Positions 28,606 through 38,575 of a stretch of DNA of 64,000 nt are shown piece after piece. How positions within the stretch are numbered: the first letter of the stretch is position 1; every line of letters starts with the position of its first letter. This stretch comes from an uncultured delta proteobacterium (lineage in GTDB: Bacteria > Myxococcota_A > Polyangia > Polyangiales > Polyangiaceae): NCBI GenBank assembly GCA_963782055.1, contig CAWAIF010000003.1:5120001-5184000 (forward strand). Direction: 5' to 3'. The notes beneath the pieces are model-generated. The model was given only the letters and a program-made list of their open reading frames with translations. It made no database searches and had not been told where the DNA came from. The position numbers and the translations under genes were made by a program.

Positions 28606-29844
28606 ATGAACAGAATCCAGACGCTCTCGAGGTGGCTGATCGCCACGACGTGCGCGTTGACGCTGGTCCCCGTGACCGCGACGTCGGCGAGGGCACAGGC
28701 GCCGGCGGCGACGCCCCAGCAGGCCAGTCCAAAGATACCGAACGATCAGCTGGACTCGCTGGTTGCGCCCATTGCCCTCTATCCGGACCCGCTCCTCGCG
28801 CAGGTCCTCGCGGCCTCCACCTATCCGCTGGAGCTCGTGCAACTCCAGCAGTGGCTGGGACAGCACACGGGTCTGAAGGATCAGGCCCTGGTGGATGCCG
28901 TCGGAAAGGAGGGCTGGGATCCGAGCGTCCAGTCGATGGCCGCGCTCCCGGACGTGCTCAAGATGCTGGCGAACGACATCAAGTGGACCACCGACCTGGG
29001 GAACGCGTTCCTTGCGCAGGAATCCGACGTGATGAGCGCGGTGCAGCGGATGCGCACGAAGGCGAAGGAGAAGGGCGCTCTGAAGTCCACCTCCGAGATG
29101 AAGGTGGTAACGCAGGTCGTGGACAGCCAGACCGTCGTGGTGATCCAGCAGGCCAACCCGAGCGTCATCTATGTCCCGAGCTACAACCCGACCATCGTCT
29201 ACGGCCCGCCGCCCTATCCGTATCCGCCCGTCGCCTATCCGGCCTACCACGCCGCCGCGGGAATGGCCGTCGCCTTCGGCGTAGGCGTGGCCATGGGCGC
29301 CGCCTTCCACGGAGGCTGGGGCTACCACGCAGGCTGGGGCGGGCACGGGAACGTCACCGTCAACCGCAACAACATCTTCGTCAGGAACTCCTCCACCCAT
29401 GTGGGTGGCGGGAACAGCTGGCAGCACAATCCACAGCACCGTGGCGGTGCGCCGTACGGCAACGCGGCCACCGCGCAGAGGTTCGGGGGCCAGACACGTG
29501 GCGCGGCGGCGCGGCGTCCGGCAGGCGCCGGACAGCAACGTGGCGCAGGCGCGGGGCAGCAACATCCGGCGGGCGCGGGACAGCAACGTCCGGCGGGCGC
29601 GGGACAGCAACGTCCGGCGGGCGCGGGACAGCAACGTCCGGCGGGCGCGGGGCAGCAACGTGGCGCCGGCGGGGACCGCGTCGGCAATCGCAGCGTTCCG
29701 TCCGGTGGCGGCCGCGGCGGTGCGTTCGGCGGCGGGTCCGGCAGCTACAGCGGGAACCAGGCCAGGGCGAACAGCTCGCGCGGGGCGGCGAGCACCGGCG
29801 GGCGCAGTGGTGGTCGCAGTGGTGGCGGCGGGCGCCGCAGGTGA
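28606..29844 (+). CDS. DUF3300 domain protein
   Basis: AAGGAG RBS; QLDSLVAPIALYPDPLLAQVLAASTYP, WDPSVQSM, Gly/Arg-rich tail. Confidence 0.9.
   Translation: MNRIQTLSRWLIATTCALTLVPVTATSARAQAPAATPQQASPKIPNDQLDSLVAPIALYPDPLLAQVLAASTYPLELVQLQQWLGQHTGLKDQALVDAVGKEGWDPSVQSMAALPDVLKMLANDIKWTTDLGNAFLAQESDVMSAVQRMRTKAKEKGALKSTSEMKVVTQVVDSQTVVVIQQANPSVIYVPSYNPTIVYGPPPYPYPPVAYPAYHAAAGMAVAFGVGVAMGAAFHGGWGYHAGWGGHGNVTVNRNNIFVRNSSTHVGGGNSWQHNPQHRGGAPYGNAATAQRFGGQTRGAAARRPAGAGQQRGAGAGQQHPAGAGQQRPAGAGQQRPAGAGQQRPAGAGQQRGAGGDRVGNRSVPSGGGRGGAFGGGSGSYSGNQARANSSRGAASTGGRSGGRSGGGGRRR
29515..29658 (+). repeat. In-frame 24-bp tandem repeat, 6 units, (R/H)(P/G)AGAGQQ
   Basis: Units CGTCCGGCGGGCGCGGGACAGCAA with minor variants. 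Confidence 0.9.
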
Positions 29845-29855
29845 GGAGGCGAGTC

Positions 29856-30818
29856 ATGATGAACGGAACATCCAGCCATATTGCGTGGGTCGCGCTCCTC
29901 GCCGTGGCGTCCGCCCTGGTCACGGTCGGTTGCGAGAACGCACCACCGCGATCGGTGACGTCCGCGGCGGTGTCGCAGGCGACGTACGCGACCCCGTCCG
30001 CAGCGGCCGACGCGCTCGTCCAGGCGGCCGGGAGCTGGAACGTGCCGGCGTTGATGGAAATCCTGGGGCCGGACGGCAAGGATATCGTCGCCTCCCGGGA
30101 CCAGGTGCAGGACAGGAGCCGCGCCGCGACGTTCGCCGCGAAGGCCAGGGAACGGAAGCACGTGGTCCTCGACCCGACCCACGCCGGCCACGCCACCCTC
30201 GTCGTGGGTGACGAGGACTGGCCGGTCCCCATTCCCATCGTGCAGGACCACGGACGCTGGCGCTTCGACACCGCCGCGGGTCGCCAGGAGATCCTGCGGC
30301 GACGCGTCGGGGCCAACGAGCTCGACGCCATCACCGTGTGCCGCGGCTACGTCGAGGCCCAGGAGGAGTACGCCTCCAGGATTCATGATCAAGCGATGGT
30401 GAATCAGTACGCCCAGCGCATCATCAGCGATCCGGGGAAGCATGACGGGCTGGCGTGGCAGAGCCCGGACGGGACCTGGGGCGGCCCGGTGGGCGAGACG
30501 GTGGCGAAGGCCATCGCGCAGGGCTTCAGTCGAGGCGAGCCCTTCCACGGCTACTACTTCAAGGTCCTGAAGGGGCAGGGCCCCGCGGCTCGCCTCGGCA
30601 AGCTGAACTACGTCATGGACGGGGCGATGATCGGCGGCTTCGCGCTGGCGGCGTGGCCGGCGGAGTACGGCGTCACCGGGGTGCAGACCTTCATCGTCAG
30701 CTACGACGGCGTCGTCTACCAGAAGGACCTCGGCCCGCAGACGAGCAAGACCGCCGCGAGCATGGAGCTCTACGACCCCGACGCGAGCTGGACGCCCACC
30801 GAGGACGCGTGGCAGTGA
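29856..30818 (+). CDS. DUF2950 domain lipoprotein
   Basis: GAGGAGG RBS; WPVPIPIV, WRFDTAAGRQEILRRRVGANE, PFHGYYFKVL, YGVTGVQTF. Confidence 0.9.
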   Translation: MMNGTSSHIAWVALLAVASALVTVGCENAPPRSVTSAAVSQATYATPSAAADALVQAAGSWNVPALMEILGPDGKDIVASRDQVQDRSRAATFAAKARERKHVVLDPTHAGHATLVVGDEDWPVPIPIVQDHGRWRFDTAAGRQEILRRRVGANELDAITVCRGYVEAQEEYASRIHDQAMVNQYAQRIISDPGKHDGLAWQSPDGTWGGPVGETVAKAIAQGFSRGEPFHGYYFKVLKGQGPAARLGKLNYVMDGAMIGGFALAAWPAEYGVTGVQTFIVSYDGVVYQKDLGPQTSKTAASMELYDPDASWTPTEDAWQ

Positions 30819-31032
30819 GCGTCCCGCGCCGGCACGCCACCCCACCCGTGAGCGGCGAAGGCGGCGGGCAGAGCGGCGTCGTCACGCCTCGGTCTCCACG
30901 CGACTCCGACCGTTCCTCTTGGCGCGGTACATCGCGGCGTCGCACTCTGCGCCGTGGACGCGCGCGGCGCAACGGGCGGCACACGTCCCGGCGCCTGGCC
31001 TGCGCCGAAGCCCCGCTCGAGCCGCGCGCCCG

Positions 31033-34000
31033 CTACACCTCCAGCCGGTCGCCGACCTTCGACACCCAGCGGTAGAGCACCGGCAGGAGGAAGATGGACA
31101 GCGCGATACGCGACAGCAGGCCGCCCACGACGACCTGAGCGAACGGCCGCTGGCTGTCGCTCCCGATGGCGTGGGAGAACGCCGCCGGCATCAGCCCGAC
31201 GCACGCCACCAGCGCCGTCATGAGGATGGGGCGCAGCCGAACGGCGGCGCTCTGGCGGGTCGCCTCCTCGATCGAGAAGCCCTCGCGTCGGAGCTTGTTG
31301 GCGTGGCTGATGAAGATGACGCCGGTCTGCACCGAGATGCCGAACAGCGCGAGGAAGCCGAGCCCGGAGCTCACGCTCAGGTTGGTCCTGAGCATCCACA
31401 GCGCGAGGAGGCCGCCTTCGGGCATCGTGAGCGCGACGCTGAGCGCGAGCATCAGCGGGTACTTGAGGTTCCCGTAGAGCCCGAAGATGATGAAGAAGAT
31501 GAGCAGCACCGTCAGCGGCACGATGACCAGCATCTCCTTCTTGGCGTGCAGCAGGTCGCGGTACTCGCCGGCCCAGGTCAACTCGTAGCCCGTCGGGACG
31601 TGGACGCTGGCGTGGACCGCCTTGCGAGCGGCAGCGACCGCCGAACCGAGATCCCGCCCCTCGACCGAGTACTGGACGCCGATGTAGCGAGAGCCGTGCT
31701 CTCGGTAGATGAACGATGCGCCCTGCCCCACCTCCAGGGTCGCGAACGTCGACAGCGGCAGGCGCTGTCCGCTCGGGGTCGTGACCAGGAGCCGCCCGAT
31801 CGCCTGCGGGTTGTCGCGATAGCGCTTGTTCATGCGGACGACCAGGTCGAACTGCCGCTCTCCCTGGATCACCTGCGTGGCTGGAACGCCCCCGACGGCG
31901 GACTCGATCAGGTTGTTGATCGTCGCCACGTCGATGCCGTAGCGCGCCACCTTCTTCCGATCGATCTTCACGTCGAGGCTGGGCTGACCCAGCTCGCGGA
32001 CGACCGTCACGTGCTTGATGCCCGGCACCTTGGTGATCGTGCGCTTGATCTGCCCGGCCATCTTCTCCAGCTCGTGGAGATCCGGGCCGTACACCTTGAC
32101 GGCCAGCGAGCTCTTGAGGCCCGTGGACGCCTCGTCCACCGCGTCCTCCGCCGGCTGCGAGTAGTTGAAGATGACGCCAGGGAACGACTTGAGCTTTTCG
32201 TCGATGGCCGCGATGAGCTGCGGCTTGGTCTTGATGGGGCCTCTCCAGGTATCGTACGGCTTGAGACCGACGTAGAATTCGCAGTTGAAGAAGCCGGTGG
32301 GATCCGTGCCGTCATCCGGACGCCCGTGCTCGTCGGCGACCGTGGAGACCTCGGGGAAGCTCATCAGGAGCTTGCGCACCTTGGGCGCGAGCTTCCGCGA
32401 TTCGTCGAAGCTGATGGTATGGGGCATGGTGGCCCGCACCCAGAGCGCGCCTTCGTCCAGCTTCGGCATGAACTCCGAGCCGATGCCGAGCAGGGTGAGG
32501 GCGGAGACGCCGAACGCGATGACGCACGCGATCAGGGTCATCTTGGGACGCGCCAGCGCGCGATCCAGCGTCCTGAGATACCAAGCCTTGAAGGCGCCGT
32601 AGATACGCCCCTCCCGATCGGTCACGCCCTTCTTCATGAACAGACTACACAGCACGGGTAGCAGCGTCAGCGTGAAGAGGAGTGTCCCGAGGAGCGCAAA
32701 CACGACGGTGTCTGCCATGGGCGAGAACAGCCGCGCCTCCGGCCCAGTCAGCGCGTAGATCGGCAGATAGGCGGCGATGATGACGGCCGTGGAGTAGAAG
32801 ATGGGCCGGCCCACGTCCTTGGCTGCGCCCAGCACCGCTTCGCGGATCGGCACGCTCTCCTCGCTCTCGCGCCGCTCGCCCAGCACGCGGAAGATGTTCT
32901 CGACCATGATCACGCCGGCATCGACCAGGATCCCGAAGTCGACCGCGCCCAGCGACAGCAGGTTCACCGGGACGTGCCGGAGCGTGAGCAGCAAGAACGC
33001 CGTGGCCAGCGCGAGCGGTATCGTCGAAGCGACGATGAGGCCCGTGCGGAAGTTGTGGAGGAACAGGACGAGGATCAGCGTCACGAGCAGCACGCCCAGC
33101 AACAGGTTGTGCTCGACCGTCCTCGTCGTCAGCGTGATGAGGTCCGTCTGGTCGTAGTACGGATGGATCTTCACGTCGCGCGGCAAGATGCGGTCGTTGA
33201 GGTAGTTCGTCTCCTGCTGCACGCGCTTGAGCACGGTCTGGGCGGGATCGCCCGTACGCAGGAAGATCACGCCCTCGACGGCGTCGTCGCGATCCATGTA
33301 GCCGAACTGGCCGAGGCGCGGCGCGTGTCCGATGCGCACCTTGCCGAGGTCGCCGACGTGGATGGGCACTCCGTCGTGCGTGGCGACGACCACGTCCCGG
33401 ATGTCCTCGAGGTCCGTCAGGCGGCCGAGCCCGCGAACGTAGAAGAACTGGCCACCCTGCTGGTAGAACCCGCCGCCCGCGTTCTGGTTGTTGTTGCCCA
33501 GCGTGCCGAGCACGTCGGCCACGGACACGCGGTAGGTGCTGAGCAGGTTCGGGTCGAGGACGACCTGGTACTGGCGCGTGGTCCCGCCGAGCGCCGAATC
33601 GTCGGCGACGCCGGGGATGGCCTTGTACCGGCGGTAGATCGTCCAGTCCTGCAGGACCTTCAGCTCCTGCGGGGAGCGATCCGGACTATCCAGCACGTAG
33701 CGGTAGATGAGACCCGACGGCGAGAAGAGCGGCGTCATCGAAGGGGCCACGCCGTCCGGAAGCGAGGCGTCTCCCATGCGCTGGAAGATCTGCTCGCGGT
33801 TGAAGTACGGGTCCGTCTTGTATTTGAAGATCAGATTGATGTCGGACAGGCCGTAGAGCGAGACGGAACGCTGGACGTGCAACCCTGGCGCCCCGTTGGA
33901 GGCGACCTCGAGTGGAATGGTGATCAGCCGCTCGACCTCCTCGGCCGCGTGCCCAGGCCATTGCGTGACCAGCTCGACCTTCGGCGGAGACAGGTCGGGG

Positions 34001-34116
34001 TAGGCGTCGACCGGCGCCCGGCGGAAGGCCCAGCTGCCCGCGACCAGAGTGGCGAGCGCAGCGGCGATGACGACGAATCTCTGACGCAGCGCAGTCGCGA
34101 TCAGCTTGTGGACCAT
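31033..34116 (-). CDS. czcA: CusA/CzcA-family heavy-metal efflux RND permease
   Basis: DAYPDLS, AEEVERLITIPLE, GAVDFGILVDAGVIMVEN, RLRPILMTA, GSDSQRPFA. Confidence 0.9.
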   Translation of the reverse strand: MVHKLIATALRQRFVVIAAALATLVAGSWAFRRAPVDAYPDLSPPKVELVTQWPGHAAEEVERLITIPLEVASNGAPGLHVQRSVSLYGLSDINLIFKYKTDPYFNREQIFQRMGDASLPDGVAPSMTPLFSPSGLIYRYVLDSPDRSPQELKVLQDWTIYRRYKAIPGVADDSALGGTTRQYQVVLDPNLLSTYRVSVADVLGTLGNNNQNAGGGFYQQGGQFFYVRGLGRLTDLEDIRDVVVATHDGVPIHVGDLGKVRIGHAPRLGQFGYMDRDDAVEGVIFLRTGDPAQTVLKRVQQETNYLNDRILPRDVKIHPYYDQTDLITLTTRTVEHNLLLGVLLVTLILVLFLHNFRTGLIVASTIPLALATAFLLLTLRHVPVNLLSLGAVDFGILVDAGVIMVENIFRVLGERRESEESVPIREAVLGAAKDVGRPIFYSTAVIIAAYLPIYALTGPEARLFSPMADTVVFALLGTLLFTLTLLPVLCSLFMKKGVTDREGRIYGAFKAWYLRTLDRALARPKMTLIACVIAFGVSALTLLGIGSEFMPKLDEGALWVRATMPHTISFDESRKLAPKVRKLLMSFPEVSTVADEHGRPDDGTDPTGFFNCEFYVGLKPYDTWRGPIKTKPQLIAAIDEKLKSFPGVIFNYSQPAEDAVDEASTGLKSSLAVKVYGPDLHELEKMAGQIKRTITKVPGIKHVTVVRELGQPSLDVKIDRKKVARYGIDVATINNLIESAVGGVPATQVIQGERQFDLVVRMNKRYRDNPQAIGRLLVTTPSGQRLPLSTFATLEVGQGASFIYREHGSRYIGVQYSVEGRDLGSAVAAARKAVHASVHVPTGYELTWAGEYRDLLHAKKEMLVIVPLTVLLIFFIIFGLYGNLKYPLMLALSVALTMPEGGLLALWMLRTNLSVSSGLGFLALFGISVQTGVIFISHANKLRREGFSIEEATRQSAAVRLRPILMTALVACVGLMPAAFSHAIGSDSQRPFAQVVVGGLLSRIALSIFLLPVLYRWVSKVGDRLEV

Positions 34117-34127
34117 GAGGCGCGCTC

Positions 34128-35243
34128 CTATCGCTCGAGGCTGTCGGCGAACTGGACGAACAACGCCCCGTCGGCCAGCACCTTGTCGCCGTCCGCGAGA
34201 CCGCTCTCGAGGATGGTCTCGTCGTCCACCCCGGCGCCGAGCGTGACGTGCCGCCGCGCGAACTTGCCCTCGGCCACCTCCACGTACACGAAGGGCAGGT
34301 TGTCCGCGTCGCGCAGCACGGCGGCATCGGGGACGAGGGTCGCGACGACCGTCTTGGCCGGGATGATCTGGGCGTCGACGTACATCCCCTGCTTCAGCAG
34401 GCCGTCTTCGTTGTCCGCTGCGATGCGCACCGGGACCGTCAAGGTGTTGGGGTCGATCGAAGCTCCGATGTACGTGATCTTGCCGTCGATGGGCTTCTTC
34501 AGAACCGGGGAGCGAATGACTGCGGTGTCGCCGAGTTGCACGTCGCGCAGGTCCTGCTGGTACAGCTGCGCGATCACCCACGCCGCGGTCGGGTCGGTGA
34601 TCGTGAAGCACGGCGTGCTGCCCGCCGAGACCGCCTCGCCGACCGAGATGTTGCGGGCGACGACGGTCCCCGAGATGGGGGATCGCAACACGGCCTGGCT
34701 GCTGCTCCCGCCGGTGATGGCGGCCTGGGAGACGTCATTGGCGACGGTCGCCTCCGCGGCCTTCACGTCGAGCTCCGCCTGCTGCAGCTCCTCGAGCGAG
34801 ATGGCCTTGTGCTGGTAGAGATCCTGGTCGCGCGCGAGGATGACCTTCTTGGTCGCCAGGGCGGACCGGTCGCGCGAGATGTTGGCTGCCATCGCGGAAG
34901 AGTCCGGGCTCGCGATCGTCAGCAGGATCTGCCCCGACTTCACCTGGTCCCCTTCATGGACCTTGATGGTGGCGACCTTGCCGCTCACCAGCGGGACCAC
35001 GCGACTCGTCTTGAGCTCGTTGAAGTTGACGAGCGCGGGGACCGTCACCGGCAGCGTGACGGGCTTCTTCTTCACCGCGACGACCTGGAGGTGGGCGCGC
35101 TGGTCCTTGGGTACGGAGAAGAGGACCGCTCTGGAAGAAGCGGCCGCCGCCGCCTCGCTGTGGCCTCCGGGCCGCGAACAGCCGCAGAGCGCAGGGACGA
35201 GGAGCAGCCCGACGGCAAGGCCGAATGCGCGATGAGGGGTCAT
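34128..35243 (-). CDS. czcB: RND efflux membrane fusion protein
   Basis: Lipobox LCGC; LRSPISGTV, LLKQGMYV, GLADGDKV. Confidence 0.88.
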   Translation of the reverse strand: MTPHRAFGLAVGLLLVPALCGCSRPGGHSEAAAAASSRAVLFSVPKDQRAHLQVVAVKKKPVTLPVTVPALVNFNELKTSRVVPLVSGKVATIKVHEGDQVKSGQILLTIASPDSSAMAANISRDRSALATKKVILARDQDLYQHKAISLEELQQAELDVKAAEATVANDVSQAAITGGSSSQAVLRSPISGTVVARNISVGEAVSAGSTPCFTITDPTAAWVIAQLYQQDLRDVQLGDTAVIRSPVLKKPIDGKITYIGASIDPNTLTVPVRIAADNEDGLLKQGMYVDAQIIPAKTVVATLVPDAAVLRDADNLPFVYVEVAEGKFARRHVTLGAGVDDETILESGLADGDKVLADGALFVQFADSLER

Positions 35244-36526
35244 TGCAGGTCATCTCCGGAAACGAACCTGATGTTGGCGGCGGCGAGCACGGCGTTGGCC
35301 TCGGCGGTCCGGTAGGCACGCTGCACGTCGCGGTAGCTGGACTCGGCGTCGAGGAAGTCGAGCAGCGTGCCGCGGCCCGTCTCGTAGGAATGCCGGCTGA
35401 TGTCGAGCGACTCCCTCGCTTGCTTGACGAACTCGTCGTTGTAGTCGCGCAGCCGGTCTTCCACGGTCCGCCAGGCCTGGACGGCGCGGGCCGCGTCGGC
35501 GCGGATCTGCGTGCGCAGGCCCTGGATGGCGAGCGCCGACCTCTCGTAGGCGGCCCGCGCGGTCCGCACGTTGCCCTGGTTCTGGTCGAACAGCGGCACG
35601 GTCGCGGTGAGCTGCAGATCGTAGCTGCCCGCGGTCCCCGGTACGTAGTTGTAGTCGGCGAGCACGCCGACATCGGGGATGGGCTGCCGGCGCGCCTGGG
35701 TCAGGGCGGCGTGTGAGGCATCCTCCTGTGCGCGCAGCGCCTGGTAGTCGCCACGGCTCGCCAGAGCCCGCCGGACGATGGTGCTCACGACGGGCTCGCC
35801 GGGCATGCTCGGAGGCGTGAGGCTCCCGACGACCTGGTAGTTCGGCGCGAGGACCCCCTCGCCGACCAGTCGAGCCAGCTCCTCCCGGTCGTCGACCAGG
35901 TTCTGCCGTGCGTCGCGCACCGCGTCGTCCACCTGCCGGGCCTGGATGCGCAGCTTGAGCACGTCGCCGTAGGAGATCTTGCCGTCCTTGTAGCGGAGCT
36001 CGTTGATCTGCACCGACTGCTGGAAGGTCTGCTGGTCCTCCTTCGCGAAGTCGAGCAGGGACTTGTCGAGCATCACGCTCACGAACGCAGTCTCGACCGA
36101 GAGCGCCAGCTGACGGCGCGTGGCCACGCGCGTCGCCCGCGCCGCGCTGACTCCGGCTCTGGCGCTGGCGATCCCCGCGGCCCGCTTGCCGCCGAGCGGG
36201 ATCGTCCAGGCGATGCCGAACTGGTTGGGGATGGGGGCGTCGGCGGGACTGATCTGGGTGCCCAGCGCGCCCACGAAGATGTCGGGGTTCGGCAGCGCGC
36301 GCGCCTGTTCCTCGACGCCCTGCGCCGCGGACACGTCCTGCTCCGCCGCGCGGCTGTCCGGGTTGTGGGCGAGCGCGAGGTGGATGGCCATCGCGGACGT
36401 GAGCCGGTCCACCCCCTCCGCGCGCGCCGGGCGAGCGGACGAGAGGCCTGCGGCGAGAAGAGCCAGAACGGCGAGTGATCGTGTCGAAACGGCACGTGCG
36501 GACGGAGAACGGTGTTTCTTCCACAT
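35240..36526 (-). CDS. czcC: TolC/CzcC-family outer membrane channel
   Basis: ALAHNPD, ARALPNP, VPLFDQNQG, YETGRGTLLDFLDAE. Confidence 0.88.
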   Translation of the reverse strand: MWKKHRSPSARAVSTRSLAVLALLAAGLSSARPARAEGVDRLTSAMAIHLALAHNPDSRAAEQDVSAAQGVEEQARALPNPDIFVGALGTQISPADAPIPNQFGIAWTIPLGGKRAAGIASARAGVSAARATRVATRRQLALSVETAFVSVMLDKSLLDFAKEDQQTFQQSVQINELRYKDGKISYGDVLKLRIQARQVDDAVRDARQNLVDDREELARLVGEGVLAPNYQVVGSLTPPSMPGEPVVSTIVRRALASRGDYQALRAQEDASHAALTQARRQPIPDVGVLADYNYVPGTAGSYDLQLTATVPLFDQNQGNVRTARAAYERSALAIQGLRTQIRADAARAVQAWRTVEDRLRDYNDEFVKQARESLDISRHSYETGRGTLLDFLDAESSYRDVQRAYRTAEANAVLAAANIRFVSGDDLQ

Positions 36527-36683
36527 GGCGTGGTGACGTTCCTTGGGAAACAGGCACGCCGCGCCGGAAGCGCGGACGGCGGGGACTGGACGAAGAAATG
36601 GTCGGCGTCGCCTCCAGCGCGACGCCCGGACGGGTCACACGAGGCGGAGTCAGCGGGAAACGGCGCGGGAGGGCGCCGTCACG

Positions 36684-37133
36684 TCACGCCGGTGGACCGA
36701 TCTTCGGAGCGAAGGCGATCTCCCGCCGGCCGGGCAGAAGTCCTTCATCGCGCGCAGGATGAACCAGACGCGTACTGGCAGGCCCTGCGATCTCGACGCC
36801 GCGCGCCGACGGGAGGCACGCCAGCCGCTCGTGAACGAGCATCGCGAGAGCGCAGCGCTCGTGCGAGACGACGTCGGCCGGGGCGTGCGCCGTCGGCCGC
36901 TTGTCCCGCGGAGCTTGCGCCGCCGTCGTGTGAAGCGCGGCGCCATCGAGGACATGCACGTCCTCCAGCCCATGGACGAGGCAGAATCGGTGCGGCACCA
37001 GGACGAAGTGCAGAAGCGCCGAAGCCTGACCCAGGATCAGGAGCACGGTGACGAGGCAGCTCAAGCATGCGACGAGGCCAGGGCGGCCGCGACCACGTCG
37101 CGGAACCTGAAGGCGGGGGGCCTCGTCAGTCAC
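36684..37133 (-). CDS. His/Cys-rich leader ORF of the efflux operon (DUF2946/CzcI-like)
   Basis: Hydrophobic N-terminus, HFVLVPHRFCLVHG, HERC, C-terminal APKIGPPA; co-oriented upstream of tolC. Confidence 0.6.
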   Translation of the reverse strand: MTDEAPRLQVPRRGRGRPGLVACLSCLVTVLLILGQASALLHFVLVPHRFCLVHGLEDVHVLDGAALHTTAAQAPRDKRPTAHAPADVVSHERCALAMLVHERLACLPSARGVEIAGPASTRLVHPARDEGLLPGRREIAFAPKIGPPA

Positions 37134-37350
37134 GCGGGAAGAAGAGCACCGGACCGGAGGCGAGACAAGGCAATCTACACGCGAACGACGCCGCCCGTGC
37201 CGTCCCGTGCGCGAGAAGGTCGGCCTCGGCGTGGCGCGGCGCGTGCTGCGGGAGGTGGCGAGCGCGTGGTGCGGAGGCTCACTCGCGTGGACGAGGTCGG
37301 GTGGACGGCGGCCAATCCCCGCGTCGCCGTTTGGCGGGTACAATGAGCCC

Positions 37351-37818
37351 ATGACGCGCCGGGTCGCCGTTCGATGGTTGGGCTTGCTCGGGGCCGCGTC
37401 GCTCGCGCTCGCCTGCGCGCAGCGCTCCGGCGCGAAGCCCGAGAGCGTCGCGCTCGCGCCGCCGCCGGACGCCTCGGCGGCAGCCGCGCGCTCGCCCCTC
37501 GTCACGCCTGGGGCCGCGTCTCCGGAGGAGGCGTGGCGCGAGCTGTGCGCCGCCATGCGCGACGGGAGGCCGGTCGAGCCCTTCGCCACGAGCGCGGGCA
37601 TCGAGTCGCTGGAGGCGCAGGTGCGGGGCGAGCCGCGCGCGACGGCATTCGCGCGCTGGGGCGCGAGCTGGAGCTCTCCTCAATGGGAAGTCCGGTGGCG
37701 AAGCCGCGGCGGCAGCCGCGCCGAGGCCGTCGCCGGCCCCGAGTCCAAGGAGCATGGACTGGTGTTCGTGCGCACGCCCGACGGGTGGAAGCTCAATCGA
37801 TGGGTCCCCGGCGAGTGA
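37351..37818 (+). CDS. Hypothetical lipoprotein
   Basis: Lipobox ALAC; C-terminal FVRTPDGWKL (NTF2-like end). Confidence 0.6.
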   Translation: MTRRVAVRWLGLLGAASLALACAQRSGAKPESVALAPPPDASAAAARSPLVTPGAASPEEAWRELCAAMRDGRPVEPFATSAGIESLEAQVRGEPRATAFARWGASWSSPQWEVRWRSRGGSRAEAVAGPESKEHGLVFVRTPDGWKLNRWVPGE

Positions 37819-38450
37819 CGCGGTCTCGACTCCTCGCGACGCTCGCGCTCGCCACCGGCCTCGCCGCGGCTCGGTGCGGTGGCGGGCTCGGGGCGAGGGA
37901 CGGCGCGGCCCAGAGGTCACCGAGGTCGGGCGCGCCGAGCGGTGATGCGAGCGAGACCGCCGCTCCGGCGGAGTCGGCGCGTGCAATCGTCAGAACGCCC
38001 GACGACGCGGGGATCGCGGACCCGCCGACCGTCGACGAGCAAGCCGAGGCGAACGCGCGGTGGCTCGCGGCCTGCGCTCCGACCGTGGCCGGCCAGCCGC
38101 CGGTCGTGCACGTGGACGCGCCCGGGCAGGGTCTGGCGTTCGAGCCGATTCGCCGCGTGCTGCGTCGCGACGCCGCCGGGCAAGTCGCGCAGTGCGTGGA
38201 CGACGCACGCAAGGGGGCGCCCCGGCTGAAGGGCGCCGTCCTCGTGCGCTTCGTCGCGACACCCGACGGGACGCTCACCGGAGCCCGCGTGCTCGTCGGT
38301 CCCGGGGATGACGCCTTTCACGCGTGCCTGGTCGACGCCCTTCGGAAGCCGAAGGTCCCGAAGGTTGGCGAGGCAAACGTGACGGTCTCGGGAGTGCCGG
38401 TGGTGCTCTGCGCGGACGGACGCACGCTGCTCTGGCCCGCGCGGCCCTGA
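37815..38450 (+). CDS. Lipoprotein with AgmX/PglI (TonB-C-like) C-terminal domain
   Basis: GTGA overlap; IRRVLRR...AQCVDDARKGAPRLKGAVLVRF...FHACLVDALR. Confidence 0.65.
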   Translation: MTRSRLLATLALATGLAAARCGGGLGARDGAAQRSPRSGAPSGDASETAAPAESARAIVRTPDDAGIADPPTVDEQAEANARWLAACAPTVAGQPPVVHVDAPGQGLAFEPIRRVLRRDAAGQVAQCVDDARKGAPRLKGAVLVRFVATPDGTLTGARVLVGPGDDAFHACLVDALRKPKVPKVGEANVTVSGVPVVLCADGRTLLWPARP

Positions 38451-38550
38451 CGCAGACGGTGTCTGGGCTCGGGAGCCGTGAGCTCACTGGCGTGGAGTCC
38501 CCCGGCACCGGCCTGCCGCCGTGCACGCGGGCGAGCACGAGCCCGAGCAT

Positions 38551-38567
38551 GGGGCCCGGAGGGCCCC
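38551..38567. terminator. GC hairpin between convergent genes
   Basis: GGGGCCC-GGA-GGGCCCC just beyond the ElbD-like stop; no clear U-tract. Confidence 0.35.
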
Positions 38568-38575
38568 CCAGGAAA

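Noticed and set aside
29515..29658. Short repeats as possible CRISPR array
   Set aside because: Tandem in-frame units with no spacers and no cas genes
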